From NCBI GenBank assembly GCA_964594415.1, contig CAZQLQ010000004.1, positions 19,162 through 83,161 of the forward strand: 64,000 bases of DNA. Direction: 5' to 3'. The notes under the pieces were generated by a model. It was not told where the DNA came from. It saw only the letters and a program-made list of their open reading frames with translations, and did no database searches. This DNA is from an uncultured Candidatus Saccharibacteria bacterium (GTDB taxonomy: Bacteria > Patescibacteriota > CPR2 > UBA1875 > CAIMLA01). Below, in pieces: positions 19,307-28,355 of the stretch (its first letter is position 1; every line of letters starts with the position of its first letter). Made by a program: the position numbers and the translations under genes.

Positions 19307-20707
19307 GTGAAAATGCTTCCAATTGTAGCAATAATAGGCAGACCAAATGTCGGGAAATCTACATTATTTAACAGGCTTGTAGGTACCAGAGAAGCAATTA
19401 CGGCTGATTTTGCTGGAACTACCAGAGATCGGTTGTATTCGAAGTGCAAATGGAATGATTATGAATTTGTACTTATTGACACCGCAGGAATAGAAGATAC
19501 AAAAAGCAAAAACAGCTCTTACGCAAAAATAAACATTGATGTCCAAGAACAAGTTGATCTAGCCATAGAAGAAGCGGATTTAATTTTATTTATAGTCGAC
19601 TCTCAAACTGGCACCACAAATGAAGACATATTCGCCATAAAAAAGATCAAAAGGAGCGGCAAGCCCTTTATTATCGCTGCAAATAAATACGATAACGACA
19701 GATTCATGAGTAACGTAAGCGAGTTTTATAAACTCGGCGTTAATGAAATCGTAAAAGTCTCTGCAATTAGTGGACGCTCAACCGGGGACTTGCTGGATTT
19801 ACTAGTGAATAAATTAACGGATTTAGAAATATCTGAAAGAAGGAGCGTAGCTACAATAGCCCAAGAGGGGGTTAATGTAGCCGTAGTTGGAAGACCCAAT
19901 GTTGGCAAATCTAGCCTTTTTAACGCGATTACAGGCTCTACAGCAGCCGTAGTATCCGAGATAGCGGGAACAACCAGGGATACAAAAACAACAGCCCTAA
20001 AAACCGAAAAAGGCGTAATCAATTTTATTGATACAGCGGGAATTAGAAAAAGAGGCAAAGTCGGTAAAATGACAGGTAAAGACAAAACAAAAACAGGCCA
20101 AATAGAGAAATACTCGGTTTTAAGGTCGTTTAAAGCTATCGAAAATGCCGACATTGCATTAATCCTAATAGATGCACACGACGGAATTACTGCCCAAGAT
20201 TTACATATCGCGGGCTTTGCGAAAGAACAACTTAAAGGAGTAATTCTGGTAATAAACAAATGGGATATCGTTAGCGAAGAAGAAAAAAATATGACTAACT
20301 ATTTAAATTATGTTAAAAGAGAAGTCCCGTTTCTGCCATTTGCGTCAGTAATTTTTGTCTCTGCAAAAACAGGCAAGAACGTTGATAAAATAACCGATTT
20401 AATTCATCAAGTTTGGGAAAATAGACAAAAACATATTTCTACCGGAGAACTGAACTCCATTTTGGGTGATGAAATCTTGAAAAACCCGCCAAAGGCTATG
20501 AAAAACATTCTTCCAAAGATTAACTATCTGACCCAAGCTGAAATAAACCCGCCAACATTCGTCTTTTTTACCAATCATCCAGAATTAATCCATTTCTCAT
20601 ATAAACGCTTTTTGGAAAATAGAATTAGAGATAAATGGGGATTTGAAGGAACTCCAATAAGCATCGTATTCAAGAAAAAGAACGTAGATCGTAAAAAGGA
20701 AAACTAG
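19307..20707 (+). CDS. der: ribosome biogenesis GTPase Der
   Basis: two GRPNVGKS / DTAG / NKxD GTPase domains. Confidence 0.97.
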   Translation: MKMLPIVAIIGRPNVGKSTLFNRLVGTREAITADFAGTTRDRLYSKCKWNDYEFVLIDTAGIEDTKSKNSSYAKINIDVQEQVDLAIEEADLILFIVDSQTGTTNEDIFAIKKIKRSGKPFIIAANKYDNDRFMSNVSEFYKLGVNEIVKVSAISGRSTGDLLDLLVNKLTDLEISERRSVATIAQEGVNVAVVGRPNVGKSSLFNAITGSTAAVVSEIAGTTRDTKTTALKTEKGVINFIDTAGIRKRGKVGKMTGKDKTKTGQIEKYSVLRSFKAIENADIALILIDAHDGITAQDLHIAGFAKEQLKGVILVINKWDIVSEEEKNMTNYLNYVKREVPFLPFASVIFVSAKTGKNVDKITDLIHQVWENRQKHISTGELNSILGDEILKNPPKAMKNILPKINYLTQAEINPPTFVFFTNHPELIHFSYKRFLENRIRDKWGFEGTPISIVFKKKNVDRKKEN

Positions 20708-20715
20708 GAGGGAAG

Positions 20716-21252
20716 ATGAAATTGTTAGTTGGACTTGGAAACCCGGGAGAAAAATACGCAAGTACGCGTCATAACCTAGGCTTCAGAATACTAAATCAAA
20801 TAGCCTGTATATACGATATCGACTTCTCAAATGAAAAAAAATTTAATTCAGAAATAGCCGAAACTGAGATAGAAGGGCAAAAAATTATATTAGTAAAACC
20901 ACAGACGTTTATGAACAATTCAGGACTGGCCATAAGCAAAATTATTAATTTCTATAAAATACCATTGGCCGATTTAATACTTGTTTACGACGACAAAGAT
21001 CTAGATTTCGGCGAAATTAGACTAAGAAGTAAGGGTGGATCAGCGGGTCATAAAGGCGTTCAATCAATAATTGACAACATTGGAACAGAGAATTTTACAC
21101 GCTTCCGCATAGGAATAATGAACCAGGAGGGTAATAATATCCCAACAGAATCTTTTGTTTTGCAGAACTTTACCTCAGAAGAAGAAGCGGGACTCGAAAA
21201 TATTATACAAACCTGCATTGATAAAATTACCGAATCAATAAGAAAAGCCTAG
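20716..21252 (+). CDS. pth: peptidyl-tRNA hydrolase
   Basis: GLGNPG, TRHN, KPQTFMN.SG, GHKG. Confidence 0.96.
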   Translation: MKLLVGLGNPGEKYASTRHNLGFRILNQIACIYDIDFSNEKKFNSEIAETEIEGQKIILVKPQTFMNNSGLAISKIINFYKIPLADLILVYDDKDLDFGEIRLRSKGGSAGHKGVQSIIDNIGTENFTRFRIGIMNQEGNNIPTESFVLQNFTSEEEAGLENIIQTCIDKITESIRKA

Positions 21253-21363
21253 GTAAATTTATAATGCGTATGTAATATAATGTTTTGTATATTTGAAAAT
21301 ATTCAATTAGGTGTTAATATAGCTCAAGTTAGCCATACATAATATAAGAAATTTGACATAAAT

Positions 21364-21395
21364 AGTAAAAGGGCCACTTTCGTGACCCTTTTACT
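21364..21395 (-). terminator. terminator of minus-strand ncRNA
   Basis: minus strand AGTAAAAGGGTCAC-GAAA-GTGGCCCTTTTACT; G-U pair and GAAA loop favour minus. Confidence 0.8.
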
Positions 21396-21585
21396 TGTTT
21401 CAAAGACCTCCCATTCGCAATCTTGTCGCTTGGACTTGACCTAGCCCTCATTTGGCTGGCAGTTGCAGGGAGAACCCCACCAACAAGTAAGAGAACTTAA
21501 AGGAGGGTGCCTAAGCTTTTTACTTATTGATAGGGTTCTTCCAACAAACCCTTGGAACTCTTTGAATCTTTCTTATCAAGGTTGA
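21364..21585 (-). ncRNA. putative stand-alone structured ncRNA, family unknown
   Basis: own promoter and terminator, closing stem TTCAAAGA/TCTTTGAA, long G-U-containing hairpin, no credible ORF. Confidence 0.75.
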
Positions 21586-21591
21586 CGTTTA

Positions 21592-21620
21592 ATTCTAGCA
21601 TGTATTTTTTATTTTGTCAA
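21592..21620 (-). promoter_or_regulatory. sigma70 promoter driving the ncRNA
   Basis: TTGACA-17-TAGAAT with extended TG. Confidence 0.85.
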
Positions 21621-21628
21621 GTGTTTTT

Positions 21629-22735
21629 ATGAAAAATTGTGGAAAAAAATTAGAAAAAATTAAATATTGGCTTTCCATAGGTAAAAACGTTAAGATTGGA
21701 CCCTGTGGATTTAACGAAATTTTGGCTACAAACGTGTCTTTTGAAGAAATTTGGCACATGAATATTAATAGCCTTAAAAGCTTAAAATTACCTGAAAGAT
21801 TAATCTCTGAGATAATTCATGCTAGAGAAAACTATAATCCCGATGAGGTAATAACAGAGCTTGTCGGTAATGGAATAAACGCGATCACTATAAAAGACGA
21901 TGATTACCCGGAGCAACTAAGACAAATCTATAACCCTCCACCAATCTTGTACTACAAAGGAACTTTTGATAAGGATGAGATATTTATCGGTATTGTCGGA
22001 AGCAGAGTGCCAACCGACTACGGCGCTTCTTTAACAAGAGAGATTGCTTACAATCTTTCTAGAGCTGGGATAACAGTGGTAAGTGGTCTAGCTCTTGGCA
22101 TTGACGCTATTGCAAATAGTTCGGCGCTTGACGCGCAAGGACGAACAATAGCCGTTTTAGGATGTAGTTTGGAAAGAATATACCCCTCTACAAATAGAGA
22201 TCTAGGGGAAAAAATAGTTAGCTCCGGGCTTGGAGCAATTATAAGCGAATATCCCGTTGGCACTATTACGCAAAAACAACATTTTCCCGCAAGAAACAGA
22301 ATTATAAGCGGATTATCTATAGGATTAGTAGTCGCAGAGGCTGCAGAAAATTCAGGTTCCCTTATAACTGCCTGTTCAGCCTTGGAACAAAACAGAGAAG
22401 TATTTGCATTTCCAGGCTCAATTTACAATAAAAATTGTAAGGGTACAAATAATCTCATAAAGAACGGCGCGCACCTAATAACTAACGCAAACGATGTCTT
22501 GGATGTTCTTAATCTTATAACTCCCAAAGAAATCGTAAAAGCAAGGAAAATTTTACCGAGAAATACTGACGAAAAAACTATTTTCGAAATATTAAATGCA
22601 GAGCCACTACATATAAACGAAATAATAAAGAGAACGAATTTACCGCAAGCAAAAATAAGTTCCGTATTGACTTTAATGGAAATAGAAGGTAAAGTTAAGC
22701 ACTTAGGAGGAATGGTCTACAAACTCAGTATTTGA
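21629..22735 (+). CDS. dprA: DNA-protecting protein DprA
   Basis: IVGSR, VSGLALGID, FPARNRIISG, SGSLITA, C-terminal wHTH. Confidence 0.96.
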   Translation: MKNCGKKLEKIKYWLSIGKNVKIGPCGFNEILATNVSFEEIWHMNINSLKSLKLPERLISEIIHARENYNPDEVITELVGNGINAITIKDDDYPEQLRQIYNPPPILYYKGTFDKDEIFIGIVGSRVPTDYGASLTREIAYNLSRAGITVVSGLALGIDAIANSSALDAQGRTIAVLGCSLERIYPSTNRDLGEKIVSSGLGAIISEYPVGTITQKQHFPARNRIISGLSIGLVVAEAAENSGSLITACSALEQNREVFAFPGSIYNKNCKGTNNLIKNGAHLITNANDVLDVLNLITPKEIVKARKILPRNTDEKTIFEILNAEPLHINEIIKRTNLPQAKISSVLTLMEIEGKVKHLGGMVYKLSI

Positions 22736-22786
22736 CAATAAAACAGATATTTTTTTAATATTATTATATTGTTAACAAAGGATAAA

Positions 22787-24790
22787 ATGAGCAATCTCGT
22801 AATAGTAGAATCGCCAGCCAAGGCGAAAACAATTGAAAAGTATTTAGGCTCGGGATATAGAGTCTTAGCTTCATTTGGTCATGTTCGCGACCTGCCATCA
22901 AAAGAGATGGGAATAGATATAGAACACGGTTTTTTTCCGACTTATGTAGTTCCGACAAAAAGCAAGAAAACAATAAAAGCGCTAAAAGACGCTGCAAAGG
23001 GAACGACTACTGTTCTTCTCGCAAGCGACCCAGACAGAGAGGGTGAGGCGATAGCATGGCACATAAAAGAGGCGTTAAAACTAAAAGACAGTCAGTACAA
23101 GCGTATTGTTTTTCACGAGATTACTAAAGATGCCATAAACGATGCGGTGAGAAATCCTCGAAAAATAAATATTGATTTAGTTGATGCCCAACAAGCAAGA
23201 AGAATTCTGGACCGTTTAGTAGGATACACCTTAAGTCCACTGTTATGGAAAAAAGTAAAAAAAGGCCTTTCGGCAGGCAGAGTGCAATCGGTTGCGGTAA
23301 AGCTAATAGTTGACAGGGAAAGGGAAATTCAAGCCTTTGTGCCAAAAGAGTATTGGGAGATTAGAGCAAACCTTGAAAAAATCGATAGCCGAGAAGGGTT
23401 CGAAGCGAAGCTAACAAAATACCAAGGCAAGAGCTTAGAAATTTTAAACAAGGAAGCAGCCGATAGGATCCTGGCCGATTTAAGGAATAGCGACTATAAA
23501 GTATTAAAAGTTGAAACAAAAGACGTAAAAAGGTCTCCGGCTTCACCCTTTATCACCTCTACCCTTCAACAAGACTCGACAAACAAATTACGTTACAGTG
23601 CAAAAAAAACAATGATGCTTGCCCAACAGCTTTATGAAGGTATCGAATTGGGAAGTGAGGGATCAACTGGTCTTATTACCTATATGAGAACCGACTCACA
23701 CAACCTATCAAACCAAGCACTTGATGAGATAAAAAATTACATAATAAATAATTTGGGCAAAGAATACTTGCCTGAGAAAACAAGAACATTCAAAAAAGCA
23801 AAGTCTGCCCAAGAGGCTCATGAAGCCATAAGGCCAACTTCTATTGCGAGAACTCCTGAATCCTTAGCTAATTACCTAACAAAGGATCAGTTAAGATTAT
23901 ACGAACTAATCTGGAAAAGAACTATAGCCTGCCAAATGGCTGACGCTATATATTCCCAAACCGGAGTTGACATATTAGCTGAAGAATATGGTCTACGTGC
24001 AGGCGGAAGAACCATCAAATTTGACGGTTTTATGAAAGTATATCTCGAAGGAGAAGCAGAAAAAGAAGCTGAAGACAAAGCTGAAAGCAAAATTCCCACT
24101 TTGAAAGAAGGAGAAATAGTAGACCTAAAGGAGCTTTTGAGCGATCAGAAGTTTACAGAACCACCACCCCGATACACTGAAGCCTCGCTGATTAAAACTC
24201 TCGAAGAAAACGGTATCGGACGTCCATCAACGTACGCACCCACGATCTCTACCATTCAAGACAGGGGCTATGTAAGACTAGAAAACCGCCGTTTTTTCCC
24301 GGAAGAAATCAGTTTCATTGTGACTGATTTACTAAGAGATCACTTTCCATTTGTTGTAAGCGTAGACTTTACGGCACAACTCGAAAATGAGCTTGACGAT
24401 ATTGCTGAAGGAAAAACAAAATGGGCAGAAACTATCAAAAACTTTTGGAATCCATTTAAACAAGATCTTGATAAAGCCATAACTGCTGTAGAAAAAGTTA
24501 AGATCGAGAAAGAGACAGATGAAGTCTGTGAAAAATGCGGCAAGCCAATGGTTATCAAACTAGGGCGTTTCGGAGAATTTCTTGCTTGCACCGGTTTTCC
24601 TGAGTGTAAAAACGCAAAGCCCTTACCTGCAAAAGACTTGGGACTCAAATGCCCTGAATGCAAAGAAGGAGAAGTAGTTGAAAGACGAACAAAAAAGGGC
24701 AAAAAGTTCTGGGGCTGCTCCAGATACCCCGAATGTAAATATGCAACTTGGAACGACCCGACTAAACAGAAAAGCGAAGAAATCGAGTAG
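22787..24790 (+). CDS. topA: DNA topoisomerase I
   Basis: IVESPAK, DPDREGE, SAGRVQ, ITYMRTD, two C4 zinc ribbons. Confidence 0.97.
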   Translation: MSNLVIVESPAKAKTIEKYLGSGYRVLASFGHVRDLPSKEMGIDIEHGFFPTYVVPTKSKKTIKALKDAAKGTTTVLLASDPDREGEAIAWHIKEALKLKDSQYKRIVFHEITKDAINDAVRNPRKINIDLVDAQQARRILDRLVGYTLSPLLWKKVKKGLSAGRVQSVAVKLIVDREREIQAFVPKEYWEIRANLEKIDSREGFEAKLTKYQGKSLEILNKEAADRILADLRNSDYKVLKVETKDVKRSPASPFITSTLQQDSTNKLRYSAKKTMMLAQQLYEGIELGSEGSTGLITYMRTDSHNLSNQALDEIKNYIINNLGKEYLPEKTRTFKKAKSAQEAHEAIRPTSIARTPESLANYLTKDQLRLYELIWKRTIACQMADAIYSQTGVDILAEEYGLRAGGRTIKFDGFMKVYLEGEAEKEAEDKAESKIPTLKEGEIVDLKELLSDQKFTEPPPRYTEASLIKTLEENGIGRPSTYAPTISTIQDRGYVRLENRRFFPEEISFIVTDLLRDHFPFVVSVDFTAQLENELDDIAEGKTKWAETIKNFWNPFKQDLDKAITAVEKVKIEKETDEVCEKCGKPMVIKLGRFGEFLACTGFPECKNAKPLPAKDLGLKCPECKEGEVVERRTKKGKKFWGCSRYPECKYATWNDPTKQKSEEIE

Positions 24791-24850
24791 CAAACCTTCT
24801 TTTTTTCTATAAAGGTTGTCTTGAGTCAAAAATAGATTTAAACTTGTGTT

Positions 24851-25762
24851 ATGGAAAAAATTGAAACAAGAAAGTTTACTTGGATAAACATAGAAAAGCC
24901 GGACGAGAAAATCGTTGATTTTTTGCAAAAAAAATACGGTTTCCATGAACTTAATTTAGAAGATTGCCTGTCAACAGTACAGCGTCCCAAAATTGATTCG
25001 CAAGACGATTATGTCTTCATCGTCCTTCATTTTCCAAGATACTACAAAAATCTCAAAAAAATGACTACTTCAGAGTTAAATATATTTCTAGGAAAAGACT
25101 ATATTATTACATTGGGAGACGGGGAACTAAAACCTTTAAGCAACTTTTTCAGTTCACTTAAAAAGAATCCAGAAGAATTTGAGGAAATCACCGAAAAGGA
25201 TTCGGCAATGATCCTATACGAGATAATAGATAATCTTTTGACCTATTGCTTCCCAATCCTTGACAAGATTAGCGAGAGATTAAACATGGTAGACGAAGAC
25301 CTTCTTGCCCAGAAGCCATCCAGGATAGTGCTCGAGATAGCGCGCTTAAATCAGGAGATTATTACCTTCCGTAAAATCATAAGCCCCCAAAGATACGTTA
25401 TACGGGATCTAGAAGAAAAGATTAAACCTTTTCTAGCGGAAGAAAATGATATTTATTTTGACGATATCATAGACTCAACAGAAAAAATTTGGGATACACT
25501 GCAAAATCTGAAGGAAGTATCAGAGAGCCTACAAAGGACTCACGACTCCTATGCAACAAACCGTCTAAACGAAGTCATGAAAGTTCTTACGGTTTTTTCT
25601 GTAATAATGTTGCCGTTAACAGTTATTACTGGATTCTATGGAATGAATGTAGCGGGACTACCAGTCGCAGGACATCAGTTTGCTGCAGGGATAGTTGCTT
25701 TCGCAATGTTAGCCTTGGGCTCTACAATGCTGTACTATTTTTACAAAAAAGATTATTTCTAA
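24851..25762 (+). CDS. corA: CorA-family Mg2+ transporter
   Basis: QRPK, YGMN signature, two C-terminal TM. Confidence 0.93.
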   Translation: MEKIETRKFTWINIEKPDEKIVDFLQKKYGFHELNLEDCLSTVQRPKIDSQDDYVFIVLHFPRYYKNLKKMTTSELNIFLGKDYIITLGDGELKPLSNFFSSLKKNPEEFEEITEKDSAMILYEIIDNLLTYCFPILDKISERLNMVDEDLLAQKPSRIVLEIARLNQEIITFRKIISPQRYVIRDLEEKIKPFLAEENDIYFDDIIDSTEKIWDTLQNLKEVSESLQRTHDSYATNRLNEVMKVLTVFSVIMLPLTVITGFYGMNVAGLPVAGHQFAAGIVAFAMLALGSTMLYYFYKKDYF

Positions 25763-25793
25763 AATTATTTTTATGATGTAGATATAAAAGATC

Positions 25794-27086
25794 ATGAAGG
25801 ACAAAACTCTTTTTGAACAAAAAAATTATACAGAAAAACCACTGGCAGACAAAATGAGGCCAACTGACTTTTCGGATTTTTTTGGACAAGAACACTTATT
25901 AAGTGAAAACAAACTATTAAGGCAACTAATTGAAAATGATAAGCTAGCCTCAATAATTCTTTGGGGACCGCCCGGAACAGGAAAAACCACTATCGCAAAA
26001 ATAATAGCAACTAAGACAAACTCCTTTTTTGAGGAGTTTAGTGCTGTGACAAGCGGAATAAACGACCTAAGAAAAGTCGTTAGGGAAGCAGATGACCGTA
26101 GGAAACTTTATAACCTTAAAACTATTCTTTTTGTTGATGAAATCCACCGTTTCAACAAATCCCAGCAAGACGGATTTCTACCTCATATAGAAAATGGAAC
26201 TATTATTTTAATAGGCGCCACTACCGAAAATCCTGGTTTTGAAATAAACGCAGCTCTACTTTCTAGATCTAGAGTATTTCAGTTAAATCCGTTAACCGAA
26301 GAGGATTTGAAAAAAATAATAAATAACGCACTTGCAGATAAAAAGAAGGGTTTAGGGGAAAGAAAACTAAGGATTGAAAATTCTGCCCTTATTCACTTAG
26401 CTAAAACATCTTCAGGAGACGCAAGAACAGCGCTTAACGCACTAGAGATAGCAGCATCAATCGCCAAGGGCGATCGTAAAATCTCTGATGAAATCATCAA
26501 AATGGCTCTAGACAAAAAACAACTGGCTGCGTATAAAAAAGGCGAAAGTCACTACGATTATATTTCCGCCTTTATTAAATCTATGAGAGGTAGCGATCCC
26601 GATGCGGCGATTTACTGGCTTGCATTAATGCTTGAGAGCGGAGAAGACCCTAAGTTTATTGCAAGGAGAATGATTATCTTTGCAAGCGAAGATATCGGAA
26701 ACGCTGCACCAATGGCATTAGTTTTAGCTACTTCTTGCTTTCAAGCAGTGAATATTGTAGGGCTACCCGAAGCCAGAATAAACCTAGCTCAATGTACAAC
26801 TTATTTAGCAAGCGCTCCAAAATCTAATTCGTCGTACTTAGCAATTGAGGAAGCACTCACTGACGTAAAGAACCTCGAAACGGGGCAAGTTCCCAAGCAT
26901 CTTAAAAACGCTCCTACAAGGTTTTCCAAGGAAATTGGTAATGCAAAAGGATATAAATACCCTCACGATTATCCTGGAAACGTAGTCAAACAAGACTACT
27001 TGCCGGAGAATATTAAACATAAAAAGTATTACAAGCCGACAGAAAACGGGGGAGAAATCAAAATAAAAAACAGGCTTAAAAAATAG
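25794..27086 (+). CDS. rarA: replication-associated recombination protein A
   Basis: PLADKMRP, WGPPGTGKT, DEIHRFNK, KSMRGSD, YKYPH. Confidence 0.96.
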   Translation: MKDKTLFEQKNYTEKPLADKMRPTDFSDFFGQEHLLSENKLLRQLIENDKLASIILWGPPGTGKTTIAKIIATKTNSFFEEFSAVTSGINDLRKVVREADDRRKLYNLKTILFVDEIHRFNKSQQDGFLPHIENGTIILIGATTENPGFEINAALLSRSRVFQLNPLTEEDLKKIINNALADKKKGLGERKLRIENSALIHLAKTSSGDARTALNALEIAASIAKGDRKISDEIIKMALDKKQLAAYKKGESHYDYISAFIKSMRGSDPDAAIYWLALMLESGEDPKFIARRMIIFASEDIGNAAPMALVLATSCFQAVNIVGLPEARINLAQCTTYLASAPKSNSSYLAIEEALTDVKNLETGQVPKHLKNAPTRFSKEIGNAKGYKYPHDYPGNVVKQDYLPENIKHKKYYKPTENGGEIKIKNRLKK

Positions 27087-27179
27087 TTATTCGTAAATAT
27101 ATTTTAAATATTACTGCTGTATAATTATTTATTCTGTTTTATTTTTTAACTATCTAAATATGTTTTAGTAAATAACATA

Positions 27180-27209
27180 TTGACACTAAACTATTAATTA
27201 TGCTATAAT
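27180..27209 (+). promoter_or_regulatory. sigma70 promoter
   Basis: TTGACA-18-TATAAT with extended TG. Confidence 0.75.
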
Positions 27210-27246
27210 TATTCAGGTTAAAAATATATGACCATAAGTAAAAAAA

Positions 27247-28341
27247 ATGGAAAACGCAGACTCAATTTTAAATAGAATAATCGAAATAGAAAGTAAGAAA
27301 AAATTACGTGATTTTGATGTAGAATCAGAAGTTTCTTACATTTTTTCTAATTCTAAAATCGGCAAAGACAGAAATATCAATATTATTAAACAGCGTAACG
27401 GCCTTTCTGGAGAAAAACCTAAAACTTTAGGCGAAATTGGCAAGGAGCTAAACATTACCAGAGAGAGGGTACGACAAATTGAGAAGGCCGTTCTGAAGAG
27501 AATACAAACCTTTATTTCAAAGGATTCTCGTATTCAAGGGGTTATCTCGGTAATAGAACAAAAAATTTCAGCAAATGGAGGAGCGGTTAATATTAATGAT
27601 CTCTATGGGATCTTTCTTGATTCTGATCTTAAAAGCCCTAAAAAAAGACACATGCTTATATTCCTTACAACCCTAAGCAAGAATCTATCGCAAATACCTG
27701 AAAGCTCTAATATAAGAACAGGTTTCATCCTCAATACGATAGATACTAATCTAATCGATAAAGTGATAGATGTAGCTACAGAAACCCTAGAAGAAGAAAA
27801 AAAGCCAGTTGAAGAAAGAACCTTTCTAAAAAACATAAAGAAACACGACCTTAAAATAAAGGATCGCCTAATTATTGCTTTGATATCTCTTAGTAAAAAA
27901 ATTATCAGAACCGAAAAGGGACACTTAGGCCTTGCATATTGGAGAGAAATAAACCCAAAAAGCATCAGAGATAAGACATATTATGTTCTTAAAAAATACC
28001 AAAAACCATTACATTTTAACGATATATCAAAAAACATTGAGGACCTTGGAGACAAAAAGAAGGTAACCAAACAAGCTGTTCACAACGAACTTATTAGAGA
28101 TGAGAGATTTGTCCTTATCGGGAGAGGGATTTATGCTCTTAGCGAATGGGGTTATGAAGGTGGAGTAGTGGAAGAAGTTATCGAAAAGGTCCTAATAGAA
28201 GCTGGGAAACCACTCCATAAAGATGTTATTATAGAGAAGGTACTTCAAAGAAGAATAGTGAAAAAAACAACCGTACTCTTAAACCTTCAGAAGGACCGTT
28301 TCGAAAGAGTTGCTCGCGGAACCTATACAATTAAAAAATAA
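27247..28341 (+). CDS. sigma70 region-4 HTH plus HARE-HTH (RpoE/delta-like) domain protein
   Basis: TLGEIG..L.ITRERVRQIE; C-terminal PLHF..I, VHNELIRDERFVLIGRGIYALSEWG. Confidence 0.8.
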   Translation: MENADSILNRIIEIESKKKLRDFDVESEVSYIFSNSKIGKDRNINIIKQRNGLSGEKPKTLGEIGKELNITRERVRQIEKAVLKRIQTFISKDSRIQGVISVIEQKISANGGAVNINDLYGIFLDSDLKSPKKRHMLIFLTTLSKNLSQIPESSNIRTGFILNTIDTNLIDKVIDVATETLEEEKKPVEERTFLKNIKKHDLKIKDRLIIALISLSKKIIRTEKGHLGLAYWREINPKSIRDKTYYVLKKYQKPLHFNDISKNIEDLGDKKKVTKQAVHNELIRDERFVLIGRGIYALSEWGYEGGVVEEVIEKVLIEAGKPLHKDVIIEKVLQRRIVKKTTVLLNLQKDRFERVARGTYTIKK

Positions 28342-28355
28342 GGGGGATTTACATT

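Noticed and set aside
21364-21585. Riboswitch, RNase P, SRP or tmRNA identity for the ncRNA
   Set aside because: No downstream gene on that strand, and the GAGGAAAGTCC, SRP GGAA-loop and tRNA-like end signatures are absent
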